The notes beneath the pieces are model-generated. The model saw only the letters and a program-made list of their open reading frames with translations, did no database searches and had not been told where the DNA came from. A stretch of DNA of 62,890 nt, counting the filler, from Reclinomonas americana ATCC 50394 (taxonomy: Eukaryota), in NCBI GenBank assembly GCA_048213135.1. It is 7 parts of 4 records of this genome, joined end to end, with 100 filler letters (N's around TTAATTAATTAA, not from the genome) between each part and the next. Parts side by side here need not be neighbours in the genome. Positions count along the whole stretch, not along the records: positions 20,591 to 40,373 come from PS015509.1; 6 more parts are not named here. One strand, given 5' to 3'. A program made the position numbers and the translations under genes. Positions 22,891-36,822 of this stretch are shown here, piece after piece. Numbering within the stretch: position 1 is the first letter of the stretch; each line of letters starts with the position of its first letter.

Positions 22891-25879
22891 TCACATGTCG
22901 ACATTGGCGGTGGCTGAGTTGGCGGCAGCGGTGCGGCGGCGGCGGCGTTCCAGAGCCTGTCTGGCCAGCTTGCTCTTGGGCTTGATGGTCTCATTGGAGG
23001 CATCGCGCTTGACGCGCTTCTGCTTCGGCTGCTCGGCATCGCCGTCGGCGGCGGCGTCGCGCGGTCGCTTGCGGAAGGCCTTCATCTTGCGCGTGGCCAT
23101 CTTCATCATGTCCTGGCGCTGCATGTGCACGCGGCCCACTTGTTCGCCGAGTTCGTCGCGGGAGATGTTCTTGATCTGCAAAGAGGGGAAGGAGGGTGAG
23201 AAGGGGATGGAGGGGGAAGGGAGGAGAAGGGGAGGGGAGGAGAATCACAAGGCGTTCTACCTCAGCATGACGCAGCGAGACAAGCAAGATGAGGAAGCAA
23301 TTGAGTGAAAGAAAGAGAGAGAGAGAGAGGCAGAGGGTTACACACTGATGCAAATAAGCGAAGACAAGCAAGCGAAGAATGGTACATGGCCACAAACAAT
23401 CTTTGCGTGACGCAGCGACAAACAAGAGGAATGCAAGGAGAGAGAAAGCAGCAGTGCCGAGGTGGAACAATCGTGGTGACGCATCAAGACGAGCGAGACT
23501 ACGAAGCAAGCGAAAGGAATGCTTAACAATGATCAAATTGACAAACGGCAGGGAACAAAGACAAGCAAACACAAACAGAGTGAAGGGGGGAGAGAGATCG
23601 CAGAGCACCAACGACAATCCACGATTGTGGCATAGAAGAGAGAGAGAGACAGAGAGAGAGAAGAGAGAGGTGCACTATAATGCAGCGAAAAAGTAGCAAA
23701 ATACTGAGCAAGCGATAGAGAGGGGGAGAACACGACCTCGGCATGTCTCAATCGCGATGCGGTGAAAACAATAGGAAATCAAAGCACCAACAAAGCAGGG
23801 AGACGCAAGCACCATCGACCACGACAAAGTTATCGAAGACAAGAAAGATCAAAGCGAAGAGAGAGAACGAGAGGCTCAGATGCCATACCCTGCAACAAAA
23901 GTACGCAAGGCCCCAAGAGAGTAACGGAGGCTCAGGGAGCCAACGACAACACACAAACGGGCACAGCAATCGAATACAACACAGAGAACGGAAGAGCCAC
24001 AATTCAATACTTGTCCTCTCCAACTCTTCCATTTCTCTCACCCTTCCTCTCCTCCCTCTCCTCTCCTTCTCTCTCTCCTCAGTGTCGTCCACGCTTCATC
24101 TCCTCCTCCCTCCTCTTCTTTGTCTCCCTCTCCTTCTCCCTCTCCCCTCTCCTCCTCCCTCATCCCTCTCATCTCCATCTCCTCCACCATCTCCCTCCCC
24201 TTCTCCATCTCCCTCACCCTTCCCCTTTTCGTCCCTTATTCCTCTCACCTTCTTCGCCTTGAGCTCCTTGGGTCTCCTGTACGCGCGCTGCTCGAGATCG
24301 CCACCGGCAAAGTACGACCGGCGCAACTCAAAGTTGACTTGCGGTCCGAGCGGCAGCAACTGCACACGCGGCACACCGCCCGAGCCCTTGTGGTAATTGA
24401 CGGCGAAGTGGCGGAACATGAAGTGCGTGTCGTCGGTGGCGGCGCACACAATCACCCGGTCCAATCCAATCACATTCACGTGCGGCACGACCTCGCCGTG
24501 GAACAAGTCCACCAGCAGCGACTTGACCTTGACCATCTCAAACGTGTACTCGAACTCCGAGCCCAGGAACACAAAGCAAGGCTTTGATCCAGGCTGCACC
24601 AGCGCCAGCGCGTCATCCTCATCCTCATCCTCTCCATCCTCATCCTCCTCCACATCCTCCTCCTCGTCTTCCGCCTGCTCCTCCTTTGCATTCGCTCGCT
24701 TCTTCGCCTGCCGTTGGCCCGGATGGCGGCCGCCGTGCAGCGTGACCAGCTTGGACGCATCAATGCCCAACTCCACCATGTCGAGCACGTTGAAGTTGAA
24801 GCAGCGACCGAGCACCAGATTGTGCGGTCGCTTCTTGTTGTGCGTTGCCATCACAAACATGGAGCAGTCGTTCTTGCGTGCCAGCGCCTCCAGTGGTGCG
24901 CGGTCCTCAAACGGAAGAATCGGGTTGTTCTTGTGGAGGCGCACAACGTCGCCGCACTTGATTTGTGACTGCAGAAGAAAGGGGGGAAGGAGGGTGGGTG
25001 GGGGGATGTGGGGGTGAAGGGGGGAAAGGGGGATGTGGGGCGAAGGGGGGAAGGGGGCGAAGGGGAAAGAGGGGAGGGGGAAAGGGGGGAAGGGAGGAAG
25101 GGGGAAGAGAGTACAATTGTGCGAAAGTGCGAAAGTGTGCGGGAAGCGAGTTAAAGTGTGGAAGACAGTACATGGGTAAGTGTGGGGAGGAAACTGGGGA
25201 AGGGGAAAAGAGTGTGAAACCGAGCGAAAGTGTGAAAAGTGTGCGATAGTGTGTGCAACGAGAGTGAGATGTGTGGGAAGAGAGTGCAAACACGTGGAAC
25301 ACGTTAAGTGTGGGGAGGAAACTGGGGAAGGGGAAGGGGAGAAAGAGTGAAAGTGTGTGAAACCGTGCGACAGTGTGCGAAAGTGTGCGAAAGTGTGCGA
25401 AAGTGTGAGGGAAGAGAGTGAGAGTGTGTGGGTAGAGAGTGGGAAGAGAGGGAAAACGTGTATGGGCAAGTGTGAGGAGAACTGGGGAAGGGGAAGGGGG
25501 AAAGAGTGAAACCGTGCGATAGTGTGCGTAAAGTGTGCGAAAGTGTGCGAAAAGTGTGAGGGAAGAGAGTGAGAGTGTGTGGGAAGAGAGAATATGTGCA
25601 TATGAGAGCGTAAGAGAGAGAGGGACTGCCTCTCCAATGCGAAGTTTCTCATCACACGCTCTTTCACACACTTCGCAGTCTCACAAGGCACTCTCTCACA
25701 TGCTTTCCACACGCTCTCTCAGATAGTCTGCAGTGTTTGGGTGTGTGAGAGAGAGGACACAGAGAGAGAGAGGGGAGTGAACAGGAGAGAAGACTAGTGA
25801 GAATTAAGAAGCTTAATGTACAAGGGCGCCCTCCTCACGCTCTCTGCATGCCAGAGGGTGAATGTGCACGTGTGCGTTG

Positions 25880-25923
<44 letters not shown>

Positions 25924-26195
25924 TGTNNNNNNNNNNNNNNNNNNNNNNNNNNNNNNNNNNNNNNNNNNNNNNNNNNNNNNNNNNNNNNNNNNNNNNNNNN
26001 NNNNNNNNNNNNNNNNNNNNNNNNNNNNNNNNNNNNNNNNNNNNNNNNNNNNNNNNNNNNNNNNNNNNNNNNNNNNNNNNNNNNNNNNNNNNNNNNNNNN
26101 NNNNNNNNNNNNNNNNNNNNNNNNNNNNNNNNNNNNNNNNNNNNNNNNNNNNNNNNNNTGTGAGTGAACACGCTCTCAAGACGCACACACACACA

Positions 26196-26254
<59 letters not shown>

Positions 26255-26669
26255 ACGCACACCAACTTAGGCACAGTGAGAAGCAAAGCACAAGTCTCTC
26301 TCAAACGCACACTCAGACACTCTTTCACAAACACAGACCTACAGATAGCATGTGTGCATGAGTGAGGGAGAGAGCAAGACAGAGGCACAGGAGCAAGGAC
26401 AAGACGAGCGTGCAAGGACATGTGCACATTCACATCAACAACACACGCACACAAAATCTGACACACACTCTTCTCTCCTTCGCTCTCTGTCTCTCTCTCT
26501 CTCACGCACTCACCAAATCCCGCATCACAGTCTGCGCGACCTCGCTGGCACGGTGGCCGCGGAAGAACATGGTTTTCTTGGCATTCTCCACCAACTTGGG
26601 CTCGCGCGCAGTCAGCGCTCGTCGCCCTTTGTGCGTCTTGGCGTCGCGTTTTACACCTGTTGCGCTCAT
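22891..26669 (-). CDS. RPF2: Ribosome production factor 2 (Brix domain)
   Basis: Exons 26669-26514 (KTHKGRRALTAREPKLVENAKKTMFFRG), 24968-24249 (PFED, KNDCSMF, HNKKRPHNLVLGR, DMVELG, KPCFVFLG, KSLLVDLF, LGPQVNFELRR) and 23175-22891 (KNISRDELGEQVGRVHMQRQD). These are Rpf2 hallmark motifs. Confidence 0.95.
25105..25590. repeat. Intronic tandem repeats (AAAGTGTGCG 10-mer within larger degenerate units)
   Basis: GTGCGAAAGTGTGCGAAAGT and GTGTGGGGAGGAAACTGGGGAAGGGG blocks repeat within RPF2 intron 1. Confidence 0.8.
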
Positions 26670-26740
26670 GATCTCTGTCGCTGCGTAAGTGTGTGAAGAG
26701 AACAATTTCATCGTCCNNNNNNNNNNNNNNNNNNNNACTA

Positions 26741-26796
<56 letters not shown>

Positions 26797-27469
26797 TCTC
26801 TCTCTTCTCTCTTTCTCTCTTTTCTCTCTCTCTCTTCTCTCCCTTCTGTCTCACGCAATAACAACGCCACCGTCGATTTCAGCCGACCGCCGACCGACGG
26901 ACACTTTCGATTTTCGCAGTGTGCGTTTGGGTGCAGAGAGCGGCATTTCGGCAGCTCTCGCGTGACAGATTTTCTCCGGAGCACAGGAAGAACTCGTGTC
27001 GAAGCGCACGCACACACCTTTGCTGCTGCTGTTGCTGCTGCGCTCCTCCAGTGTGTGACTCGGGTGAGTCGCATGTGTGTGTATGAGAGAGAGTGATGAG
27101 TCACAGGGAGGCGTTGACGAGGAAAACTGCTCTGCAACTCGGTGCTCATGTCAATGTCCGACGCTCGTGCAGACAGACAGGCAGCGAGAGACAGACTGTG
27201 ATGTGTGCTCTTTCTCTGTGTGTCTGTCTGTCTGCCTGCGCGTTCGTGTGTGAGAAAGGGTGTTGCCATGGCTCCGATCGTCGTGCTCACTCTCTTCCTC
27301 TCTCTCTGTGTGTGTGTGTGCGCAGTCATTGCTCTCTGTGTGCGTGTAAAGTGTGCAACTCGGTGCAAGTATGGCTGGGCGTCGACGATCCTCGCGAGTT
27401 GCGTTATCTTCACAATTGTGTGGGAGAGAAGGAGGGAGGGAGAGTGGTCTGTCCACGCGCAGTGCGCTT

Positions 27470-28910
27470 GCTTGGTTCGTCTGTGTTCCGAGCGGGCGGC
27501 TTCAAGTGGGCTCACAGACGAGTGAGAGTGGGCGGAAAAGAGAGTGAGTGAAAGACAGTCATAGTCAGAGTGAGATACGGACACTGAGATTTCGAGAGCG
27601 CGGTGAGAGGCAGAGAAGGCAAGAGAAAGAGGCTCTTCTGTTGGTTCATCTGTGTTCCGAGAGGGCAGCTTCAACTGGGCTCACCGACGAGTAGAAGTGT
27701 GCGGAAAGGAGAGAAGGTGTGAGAAAGAGTGAGAAAAAGAGAGTGAGAAATGAGAGTGATACGGACACTGAGATTCTGAGANNNNNNNNNNNNNNNNNNN
27801 NNNNNNNNNNNNNNNNNNNNNNNNNNNNNNNNNNNNNNNNNNNNNNNNNNNNNNNNNNNNNNNNNNNNNNNNNNNNNNNNNNNNNNNNNNNNNNNNNNNN
27901 NNNNNNNNNNNNNNNNNNNNNNNNNNNNNNNNNNNNNNNNNNNNNNNNNNNNNNNNNNNNNNNNNNNNNNNNNNNNNNNNNNNNNNNNNNNNNNNNNNNN
28001 NNNNNNNNNNNNNNNNNNNNNNNNNNNNNNNNNNNNNNNNNNNNNNNNNNNNNNNNNNNNNNNNNNNNNNNNNNNNNNNNNNNNNNNNNNNNNNNNNNNN
28101 NNNNNNNNNNNNNNNNNNNNNNNNNNNNNNNNNNNNNNNNNNNNNNNNNNNNNNNNNNNNNNNNNNNNNNNNNNNNNNNNNNNNNNNNNNNNNNNNNNNN
28201 NNNNNNNNNNNNNNNNNNNNNNNNNNNNNNNNNNNNNNNNNNNNNNNNNNNNNNNNNNNNNNNNNNNNNNNNNNNNNNNNNNNNNNNNNNNNNNNNNNNN
28301 NNNNNNNNNNNNNNNNNNNNNNNNNNNNNNNNNNNNNNNNNNNNNNNNNNNNNNNNNNNNNNNNNNNNNNNNNNNNNNNNNNNNNNNNNNNNNNNNNNNN
28401 NNNNNNNNNNNNNNNNNNNNNNNNNNNNNNNNNNNNNNNNNNNNNNNNNNNNNNNNNNNNNNNNNNNNNNNNNNNNNNNNNNNNNNNNNNNNNNNNNNNN
28501 NNNNNNNNNNNNNNNNNNNNNNNNNNNNNNNNNNNNNNNNNNNNNNNNGCGCGTGAAAGGCAGAGTCGGCAAGAGAAAGAGGCTTCCTTGTTGGTTCAGC
28601 TGTGTTCCGAGAGGACAGCTTCAACTGGGTTCATCAATGTGAGAGTGAGTGAGAGAGTGATTGACGGAGAGTGATACTCTGAGAGTGAGTGCGAAAGACT
28701 GAGAGTCGTGAGAGGTTTCACTGGGTTCATCTGCGTTCCACAACGGCAGCTTCAACTGGGGTTATCAGTGAGAGAGTGTTTGATGGAGAGTGATTGACTT
28801 GGAGATTCTGAGATTGCGACTTTCAGAGAGTCGCGAGAGAGGAGACGTCATTGTTGGTTCGTCTGCATTCTAGATGCGCAACTTCAAGTGGGCTCATCGA
28901 CGAGTGGAAA
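27470..28910. repeat. Degenerate minisatellite (130-170 bp period, core about 45 bp)
   Basis: The core TTGGTTC(G/A)TCTGTGTTCCGAG..GGCAGCTTCAA(C/G)TGGGCTCA occurs at about 27472, 27641, 28591, 28721 and 28854. The intervening sequences are also mutually similar. Confidence 0.8.
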
Positions 28911-29058
28911 GCAGTGAGAGAGAGTGTGCCTGACGGAGAGCGGAACACAGATAAGAGTGATTAAGAAACGAGGTTTAACAGAGAAAAAGTCGTACTCTCT
29001 CTCTGTCAAATACAGGTGCCATGTTGCTCACTCTCTTTCCCTTTTCTCTATCCCTCAG

Positions 29059-32000
29059 GTGGATCTCGACTACAGTATGACGGACGACTCGGTGCCGGAT
29101 GAGAAGATGGAGGTGTTTTCCGATTACCGCCGCAGTCTGCCGGTCAATACGCGGGAACGCATTCGCGCGATTCGCGCGTGGGAGACTCCTTCGCATGGGA
29201 AACGACAGTTGGCGCCACCGGTGAGTGGGGAAAAGAGAGAGAGATAGGGAGATTGTGTGTGTGTGTGTGGAGAGATGTGCGATATCGCGAACTGGACATA
29301 TTGCTTGTGTTGCGCGAAGATCGAACTTCGTGAGTCGCTTCTCCCCTTCAGAAAAAGCGACAGGACTCTTCTCCCTTCACCACCCTCTCTTACTCCCTTC
29401 CTTCTTCTTCTCCTATCCATCCTTTTTGACCTTCATTCTCTGCTTGTCTTCCCTGGTTCACCCCCGATGTTACCTTTTTGATCTGTGTTCCACTTCCTCG
29501 TTTCCCGTCGCTCACCCCTCCTGCTTCCTTCGTTCCACTCCCTTCTCCACTCTCGCCTCTTCTTCCCTTGCCTCTTCCCCTTCCCCCTTCCACCCCTTCC
29601 CCCTTCCACCCCTTCCCCTTCCACTCACTTCCCCCTTACAGGAGAGGAGATCCCGCTCGCTCTCACCCGACAAGATGCGCGCCAAGCGCGCTGGTATGGG
29701 CGCACTACCACGCAACGGCCCGCTCGCCGAGGCACCAGGTCGTGCGGCGAGGAATCTGATGCACAATGGCGGTGGTGGCGGCGGCGGAGGCGGCGGCAGC
29801 AGGGCCAAGGCACCGTGGAACCCGCGCATTGTGGATACGCCATTGGCCAATCGACGAGCACGCACAGCGGCAATGCCGACTGCGGCGGCCTCGGTGTCGT
29901 TCCCGCAGGCAATGCCAGAGCCGGAATCCATCTCGGACTTGGAATCTCGCCTGTACCGCAAGCTGTACGGCGTACCACATCCCATGGAGGCCGCGCGGAG
30001 GGCCCGAGCATCGGCGCCCGCCAGCGACTCACCGACCAAGAGGTTTGTGGTGTTGAGAGAGTGTGGTGTATTATTTTCGGAGGAGAATGCTGACTGTCGT
30101 GATCAGAGCAAGCAGCCGCAGTCCCGACCGTGCGCCAAACCGGAGTCCATCACCCTCGCAGCGCTCGTCACCAAAGATGGTCGCCGCGCAGAGGAGAGGG
30201 TGAGTCGTGCTCTCCTTTCATTCCTTTCCTGCTTATTTTTGCTCATTGTTTTTGTTCGATTGTGCAGGAGCCTCCCGAACGGCGTGCGCCGCACCGCATC
30301 ACCAGTGGCGGCGAACTCGTTGACGCAGCTGAGCACTGACCGGCAACTCGAGTCCATGCGGAATCAGCTCAAGAAGCTCTCGAATGGTTCGTTTCTGTGA
30401 AGGGGAAGAAGTAGATGTGCTCTCGGCAGTGCCAAACCATCTTGATTGAGAGAACCTTCTCTCTATTTCCTCCTCCATGTTGAAGAGAAGCGTTCATATA
30501 TCTCTCTTTCTTCTGCATTGTTCCATTCTTTCTCTTTCTCACACTTCTCTCTCTCCTCCCTTTTCTCTCTCTGTTTCTTCTGTGCCTTGTGCAGCGTTGC
30601 GTGTGCTTTCTCTATCATCTCTCCCTCCCCTAGGCTCCACACTCAGTCCATTCTGTCCTTCCCTTGTGTGACATCTGCAGCACTTCGTGCGCTTTCTCTC
30701 GTCGCTTCTTCTCCCAAGTGGAAGAGAGGCTCAAAACTCAGTCCTTTTGTGTGCTCCCTGGATGGCCTTATGTTCTTTTCCTCTCATCTATTCCTCCCCA
30801 CTTTGAAGGTAAAAACTAAACTGAAATTCATATCTCTCCTTCTTCTATCCTTGTTTACTGGCATGTGTGCTGTTCAACGTCTTCTCTCTCCTTTCTCGTC
30901 TACATTGCATCCTTTTCCTCACTCTCCCTCACTCTGCCCCTTTTCTCTCTCCCTTTCTCCCTCCCTCCTTGCCCTTTGTAACCCTTCTCCCCCACAGGTG
31001 TCGAATCCGAGAAGCGACAGCTGTACAACCTGCGCACCCGCATTGCCGACTCACCACCTCGTCGGAGCATGTCGCCGCAGCGTGATGGCGCCGAACCAGC
31101 AGCCCCCGCCGATGGTTTGCACACAAGCCATTCACCCAAAATGCGAAAGAGATACTCATTGTCCTCCGCAGATGGTCTGGTGGAGCAACTGGTGGAAAAC
31201 ATGGGCAAGCGCACCGCCGCCAAGGAGCAAGAGATTGAGGTGCGGCTCGCTTTCCCTCCAATCTCTTTGCGCATGCCCCACTCACTTCCCTCCCTCTCTT
31301 CTCCTCCACAACAGGGCCTGAAGGAGCGTCTGGACCGCCTCGGCTCGGAGGTGTCGAAAAAGAAGGAGTTGGAGCATGCGATTGCGAAAAAGGACCACAC
31401 GCTCAAATCGTACCAGTATCAGTTGCACGAGCTCGAATCACAAAAGGACTCGCTGCAGTCGCAAGTGCGCAGTCTGCGCTCCGAACTCAAGGACTACTCG
31501 GTGGAGATCCCGTCCAACTACAAGCAGGAGCTGGCGCAACTTCAGCGGCAGGTGCTCGACTTGCAGCGACAGTTGGCGCAGACGCAGCAAAAGGTGGCCG
31601 AAGTGGAGACGCTGCGGCAGGCCAAGTCGGATGCAGATCGCCGGTTGCGCGAGTTGCGCATGGAGCTCGACCGAGCGCAAGCACAAAAGACCAAGACCAA
31701 CTCACAATTCGTTGCGTCGCACTTTGGAAGCGCATCACATGTGCGTGCGTGTGTGTGTGGATTACTGACTCTGGGTGAATCACAGCAACGAGACAAGAGC
31801 AAGCTCGAGGCGCAGCTGGCACGATCACAGGAGGAACTCGTCAGCAACGAGCAAAAGATGAAGATGTTGATGGACGAGCTGGCCAGAGTACGCGTCTCGT
31901 TGCGTACTCTCTCTTTGCGACTGCATGGTGGAAAATGTGCACTCACGCATTCGTCGCCGTCTGCAGAGCACAATCAGGCGCGTCGGGTGGCGAATCGAAT

Positions 32001-34697
32001 CTCGAGGCGGAGCGTGTCACCCAGCTGCTCGAGTCGTTTATGCGTGTGCGCAACCTGGCCATGTCGGTCACCAAATTCATGGAGACCGAGGCCAACTTTG
32101 GCCTGTCGGACGAGACGCTGGCCAAGCTCGACACGCACACCATCTCGCAGCTGGAGGAGTACGAGACCAAGATGTTCGACATGATCACCGAACTGGAGGG
32201 CGAGCTGTTGACGGTGACTGCCGAGGGCGAGGTGCTGAACCAGATGGTGCGCGAGCGACCAAAGCGGCCAACTCGCGACGGAGCGCGTGGGGTGCAGGCC
32301 GGAGTGGGTTCTGGAGGTGAGCGTGCGGGAAGGAAGGAGGAAGGGGAGGGATATAGAGGGAAGTGTGGAGGAGAAGGACAGGGAGGCAAGAGTGCAGAAC
32401 GGGCGCTTTCAATGTCAATTCTCCAATGTCTCTCTCTCTCTCTGCATCTCTGCTCTCGTGTAACTGTGGTCTTACTCGATGTGAATTCTGTGTGCTTAGT
32501 TCTGCTCGTACTGTCGTCTGCAAACTGCTATTCTTCCTCCACTGTGCATCTCTGTTCCGTCGTGCTGCGCTCGCGTGGTTGTCTCACTCGACGTGAAATC
32601 CCGTGAATTCACCTGATCTGTTCTGTCCTCACTCGTGAATTCACTTGCTGTGAATTCTGCCCTTTGTGCATGCATCCTTTGTTCCGTAACACTGTTCTCG
32701 TGTACTTTTGTCTCACGTTGGCGTTTGGTTTTCTGGTTTCAACCCTTCTTTACACTCGTTTCTATTCCCTTCCCCTTATGTCTCCCCTCCTTCCCCTTCC
32801 TCCCTTCTCCCTCCGCCCCCTTCCCCCCCGCTTCCCCTGTTCTCACCCCTTCCCCTCTTCTNNNNNNNNNNNNNNNNNNNNGTCGCACACACAAACCTCC
32901 TTGGCATTGACGTCGGAGAACTTTTGCTGCAGGATCTGGTACCCGCGCTGCAGCTCCTCCTGCGCCTGCGTGTCACGCTGCTGCTGCGACTCGAGCACGC
33001 CCAACAGGTGCTCCATCATGGCGGCATTGTCGCGCTCCTTGCGGTCGAGCTCCTCGAACTTGAGCATCACCTCGTGCTCGCGCATGGTGATCTCCTGCTC
33101 CTTGACCACCATGTTGCGCTGCTGCTCCATCAGCGTCGACACTTGCTCGTTGATCTGCGCCAGCTCCTTGCGCTTCTCCTCAAACTCGCGACGCTGCTCC
33201 TGCAGCGTGTTCTCAAACAGCTCGTCGCGCTCGTCCAGCTCGCGCTCCTTGTCGTCCAAACGCTCCTGCAGCTTGGCCAACAGCAGCTTCTGCGACTCGA
33301 TTTCCTTGATTTCGGCCATCTTCTCCTGCAGCTGCTCGTCGATCTTGGTGCTCTCGTCCTCGCGCTGCCGAATAAACTGCTCGCGGTTCTCCAGGTCGTC
33401 CATGGTGCGCTTGAGGTCGCGCTCCTTCTTCTCCAGGTTCATCTCGCGCTGCAAGAGCTCCTGTTCCTTTTCCACGGACATGGCGGCGGCTATGGGGNNN
33501 NNNNNNNNNNNNNNNNNNNNNNNNNNNNNNNNNNNNNNNNNNNNNNNNNNNNNNNNNNNNNNNNNNNNNNNNNNNNNNNNNNNNNNNNNNNNNNNNNNNN
33601 NNNNNNNNNNNNNNNNNNNNNNNNNNNNNNNNNNNNNNNNNNNNNNNNNNNNNNNNNNNNNNNNNNNNNNNNNNNNNNNNNNNNNNNNNNNNNNNNNNNN
33701 NNNNNNNNNNNNNNNNNNNNNNNNNNNNNNNNNNNNNNNNNNNNNNNNNNNNNNNNNNNNNNNNNNNNNNNNNNNNNNNNNNNNNNNNNNNNNNNNNNNN
33801 NNNNNNNNNNNNNNNNNNNNNNNNNNNNNNNNNGGAGAGAGGGAGAGTGTGTGTGTGTTTTTGATCTTGTGTCTGACCGTGTGACACGTGCAGGGTGCAC
33901 TGCTGGCGCGTGATGAGGAAATCAAAAAGTCGGAGGCCGCGCAAAAGGAGGCACTGACCGAGTTGGCACGCACGCGCGACGAGCTGATGAAGCAACGACA
34001 GCATCTCAACGAGGTGCAGCGGCAGACGGAGGAGATGTTCCAGCACAAGCGGCGCGAGATGTTCTCGATGGAGGAGATGACGAACCGCAAGAAGAAGGAG
34101 CTGCAGGCGCTGGTGATGCGCGAAAAGGGCATTCACGAAATGCTGCAAAAGCTCGATATGCGAGAAAAGGTTTGTCGTGCTAGTCACTCTTCTTGTCGAT
34201 CTCTCCCCTCTTGTCTCACCTGCCCTCCTTCCATTTTTCAGGAATTCGAGACCAAGGAGCGGCGCGTGACCGAGCTGCTGAATGCCAAGCGGCAGGAGGC
34301 TGAGCAACTGGAGGACGCCCTCAACATGAAGAAGCGCGAGCTGCATCGCTTGAATCAGATTATCGGCGAGCGCGCACGCGACAAGGAGGCCCTGGAGAAG
34401 GCCGAGATGAACTCGAAGATGCAGGAGTGGAAGATGGAGGAGCGACTGCAGAGGAAACGCAAGGAGCTGGAGGAGATTGAGGAGACGTTGCGGGAGCGGC
34501 GACGCGACGCCGAGGGCATGCACGGTGGCGGTATGATGTCGAGCATCCCCGGCTCGGCGCACCCCATGTTTGACGGCGCCTCGGCTCTCTTCCCGCCCAC
34601 CTCATCCATGGGCGGCCTGCCCAGCATTGTGGGTGGCGGCGGCGGTTCACCACTGACCGACTATGGTGGCATGGGCGGTGGTTACGGGCGGTACTAA
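29059..34697 (+). CDS. Long coiled-coil protein (multi-exon); contig 32882-33497 probably inverted
   Basis: Exons at about 29059-29220, 29642-30042, 30268-30387, 30998-31239, 31315-31710, 31786-31887, 31966-32316, 33893-34169 and 34222-34697. The later exons encode E/K/Q/R heptad-rich sequence and end GGGYGRY*. The minus-strand coiled-coil ORF at 32882-33497 lies between N gaps. Confidence 0.6.
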
Positions 34698-34870
34698 TAT
34701 ATTTTTGCGATGTGAGTGAGGAGGCGCGTGTAAAGTGCGTACCGCGTCCCCCTCCTCATGCCGTGTTCGGTGACTCGTCTGCTTGTGCGTATGTGTGTCT
34801 CTCTATCCTCTTGTGATTGCGTGGGTGGTGATAGGAAAAATGAACGGCAGTTTTGTTTGCACGCTTGTTT

Positions 34871-36728
34871 TCATGTCTTGTTGACGCGACGCGACACCAG
34901 GTCGCCAATGTGGGCGGCGAATGGGTGTGCGCAGGTAAAGGCCGGACTGATGGCGTTGAGAATGTGCAGACTGCCAGGGGGGAGGCATCGAGATTAGCGA
35001 GACAGGGAGAGGGAGAGGGGCAAGAAAGAAGGGGGAGGGAGAGAGGGAGAAGGGTGGGAAGAAAGAAGGGAGAAGGAAGAGAGAAGGAAGGGAGAAGGAA
35101 GGGAGAGAGAGAGAGTGAGTGAAGATGTCATCCAGTCACATACCTGCAATCATTCTCCTCGATGCAAAAATCGCGCACCAGATCGCGCTTCTCCACGTCG
35201 ACCAGCTGCGCGCGAATGCCGGCCACGGACCAGTGCCAGTTGCCGACGGATGTGTCGAGCTTGTCGTTCGTAAGCACCGCACCCTTCTTAATCAGAATGG
35301 AGCGCATGTAGAGCGGCAGCTGCTCCATGGCAATGCCGCGAAAGTCGAATGCCGAGCGCCACATGAGTTGCGCCTGGATGCGCAGGAGGTCGACGAGCTC
35401 ACCGGCCGAGAAGCGATTCACCCAGTCATATTGCTCTCGCCACTGCAGCCAAAACTCGGTGAGGGACAGCACAGGGGCAACGAGGGACAGGGAGAGGAAG
35501 GGAGGGAGCGGGAAGGGGAAGAGAGAGGGAGAGGGAAGGGGAAGGGGAAGGGGAGGGAGGGAGGGAAAGAATACAGAGAGAAAAGAACTATGAGCATCGG
35601 AAAGAAAGCACGAAAAGAAAAGAGCAAGGAGTTTAGGGCATGAAGGCAACAAAAAGACACTGAGCAGCAACGAGAGTAAGAAAGAGAGAGAACAGAGAAC
35701 AGAAGAATGAGGGAGCATCGTGCAGAGAGAATGAAAACACGACGAAGGAAAAACAAAAATGTTTTTCCTGTTCTCATTCTCTCTCCTTCTCTAGCTGCTC
35801 TCTCTCTGCCCCCCTATCCCTTTCCCCCTCTCCCGCCCACTCACAAAGCACGGCGTGGCGGTCGGACCAATCTTCATGGAGCCATCGACGAGCACCGTAA
35901 AGTGAATGCCGAGGACCGTGCGCGTCGGTTCCGGCACCGGGTACAAGTGCCGCCGCAACACCGGCCCCTCACCCTTGTACTTGACGTAGAGGCCCTTCAG
36001 CGGCACCATCACATACCGCAGACCGCAGTCATACGCGCGCGCCACTCTATCCGCCTGCAGCCCCGCACAGTTGACCACAAAGCCGGCCTCGATGACGCCG
36101 ACCTCGCCTCCACTCGCGTCTCGCACCTCCACACCTCGCGCACCCCGTCGCCCTCCAAACGCCGCATTCGTGCACACTGTCACGCCCTCCGCCGCCGCCA
36201 ACTCACTCACTCTCCGCATGCACAGTCGCGGATCCACAGACGACGTGCGCGGCGACCACAACGCCTTGTCACCAAACATGCGCACCATGGGCTCCAGCTC
36301 CTCTGCGCTTTTACGATCCACCAGCTCCACGTGTACTCCATTCTGCAGTCCGCGCTCATACAACGCCTGTAATCGCTCGACTTGCACCTCGTTTTGTGGC
36401 ACCACGAGCTTCCCGCACGAGTTGAGAGGCAGGCGATGTTCTGCGCAGAATTCGTGCCACCATTCGTTGCCGAGGCGACAGAAACGTGCGCGAAGGCTGT
36501 CGGAGGTGTAGTAAAAGCCGGCGTGGAGAACACCTGTGAGAAGGAAAAGGAAAGAGGGGTGAATGCAAGAGAAGGAATGAGGGTTGAATGCAAGAGAAGG
36601 AAAGAGGGTGAAGGCAAGAGAAGGAAAGAGTGGTGAATGCAAGAAAGGAAAGAGGGGTGAAGGCAGAAGGAAAGAGGGCGAAGGCAAGAGAAGGAAAGAG
36701 GGTGAAGGNNNNNNNNNNNNNNNNNNNN

Positions 36729-36822
<94 letters not shown>

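Noticed and set aside
23176..24248. ORFs with poly-ER/SL/CV/HT translations here and throughout the window
   Set aside because: They are translations of intronic dinucleotide microsatellites or run through N gaps, so they are not proteins.
27470..28910. CRISPR-like repeat/spacer array
   Set aside because: The repeats are degenerate, the 'spacers' are similar to each other and GA-rich, no cas genes are present, and the context is eukaryotic. It is a minisatellite.
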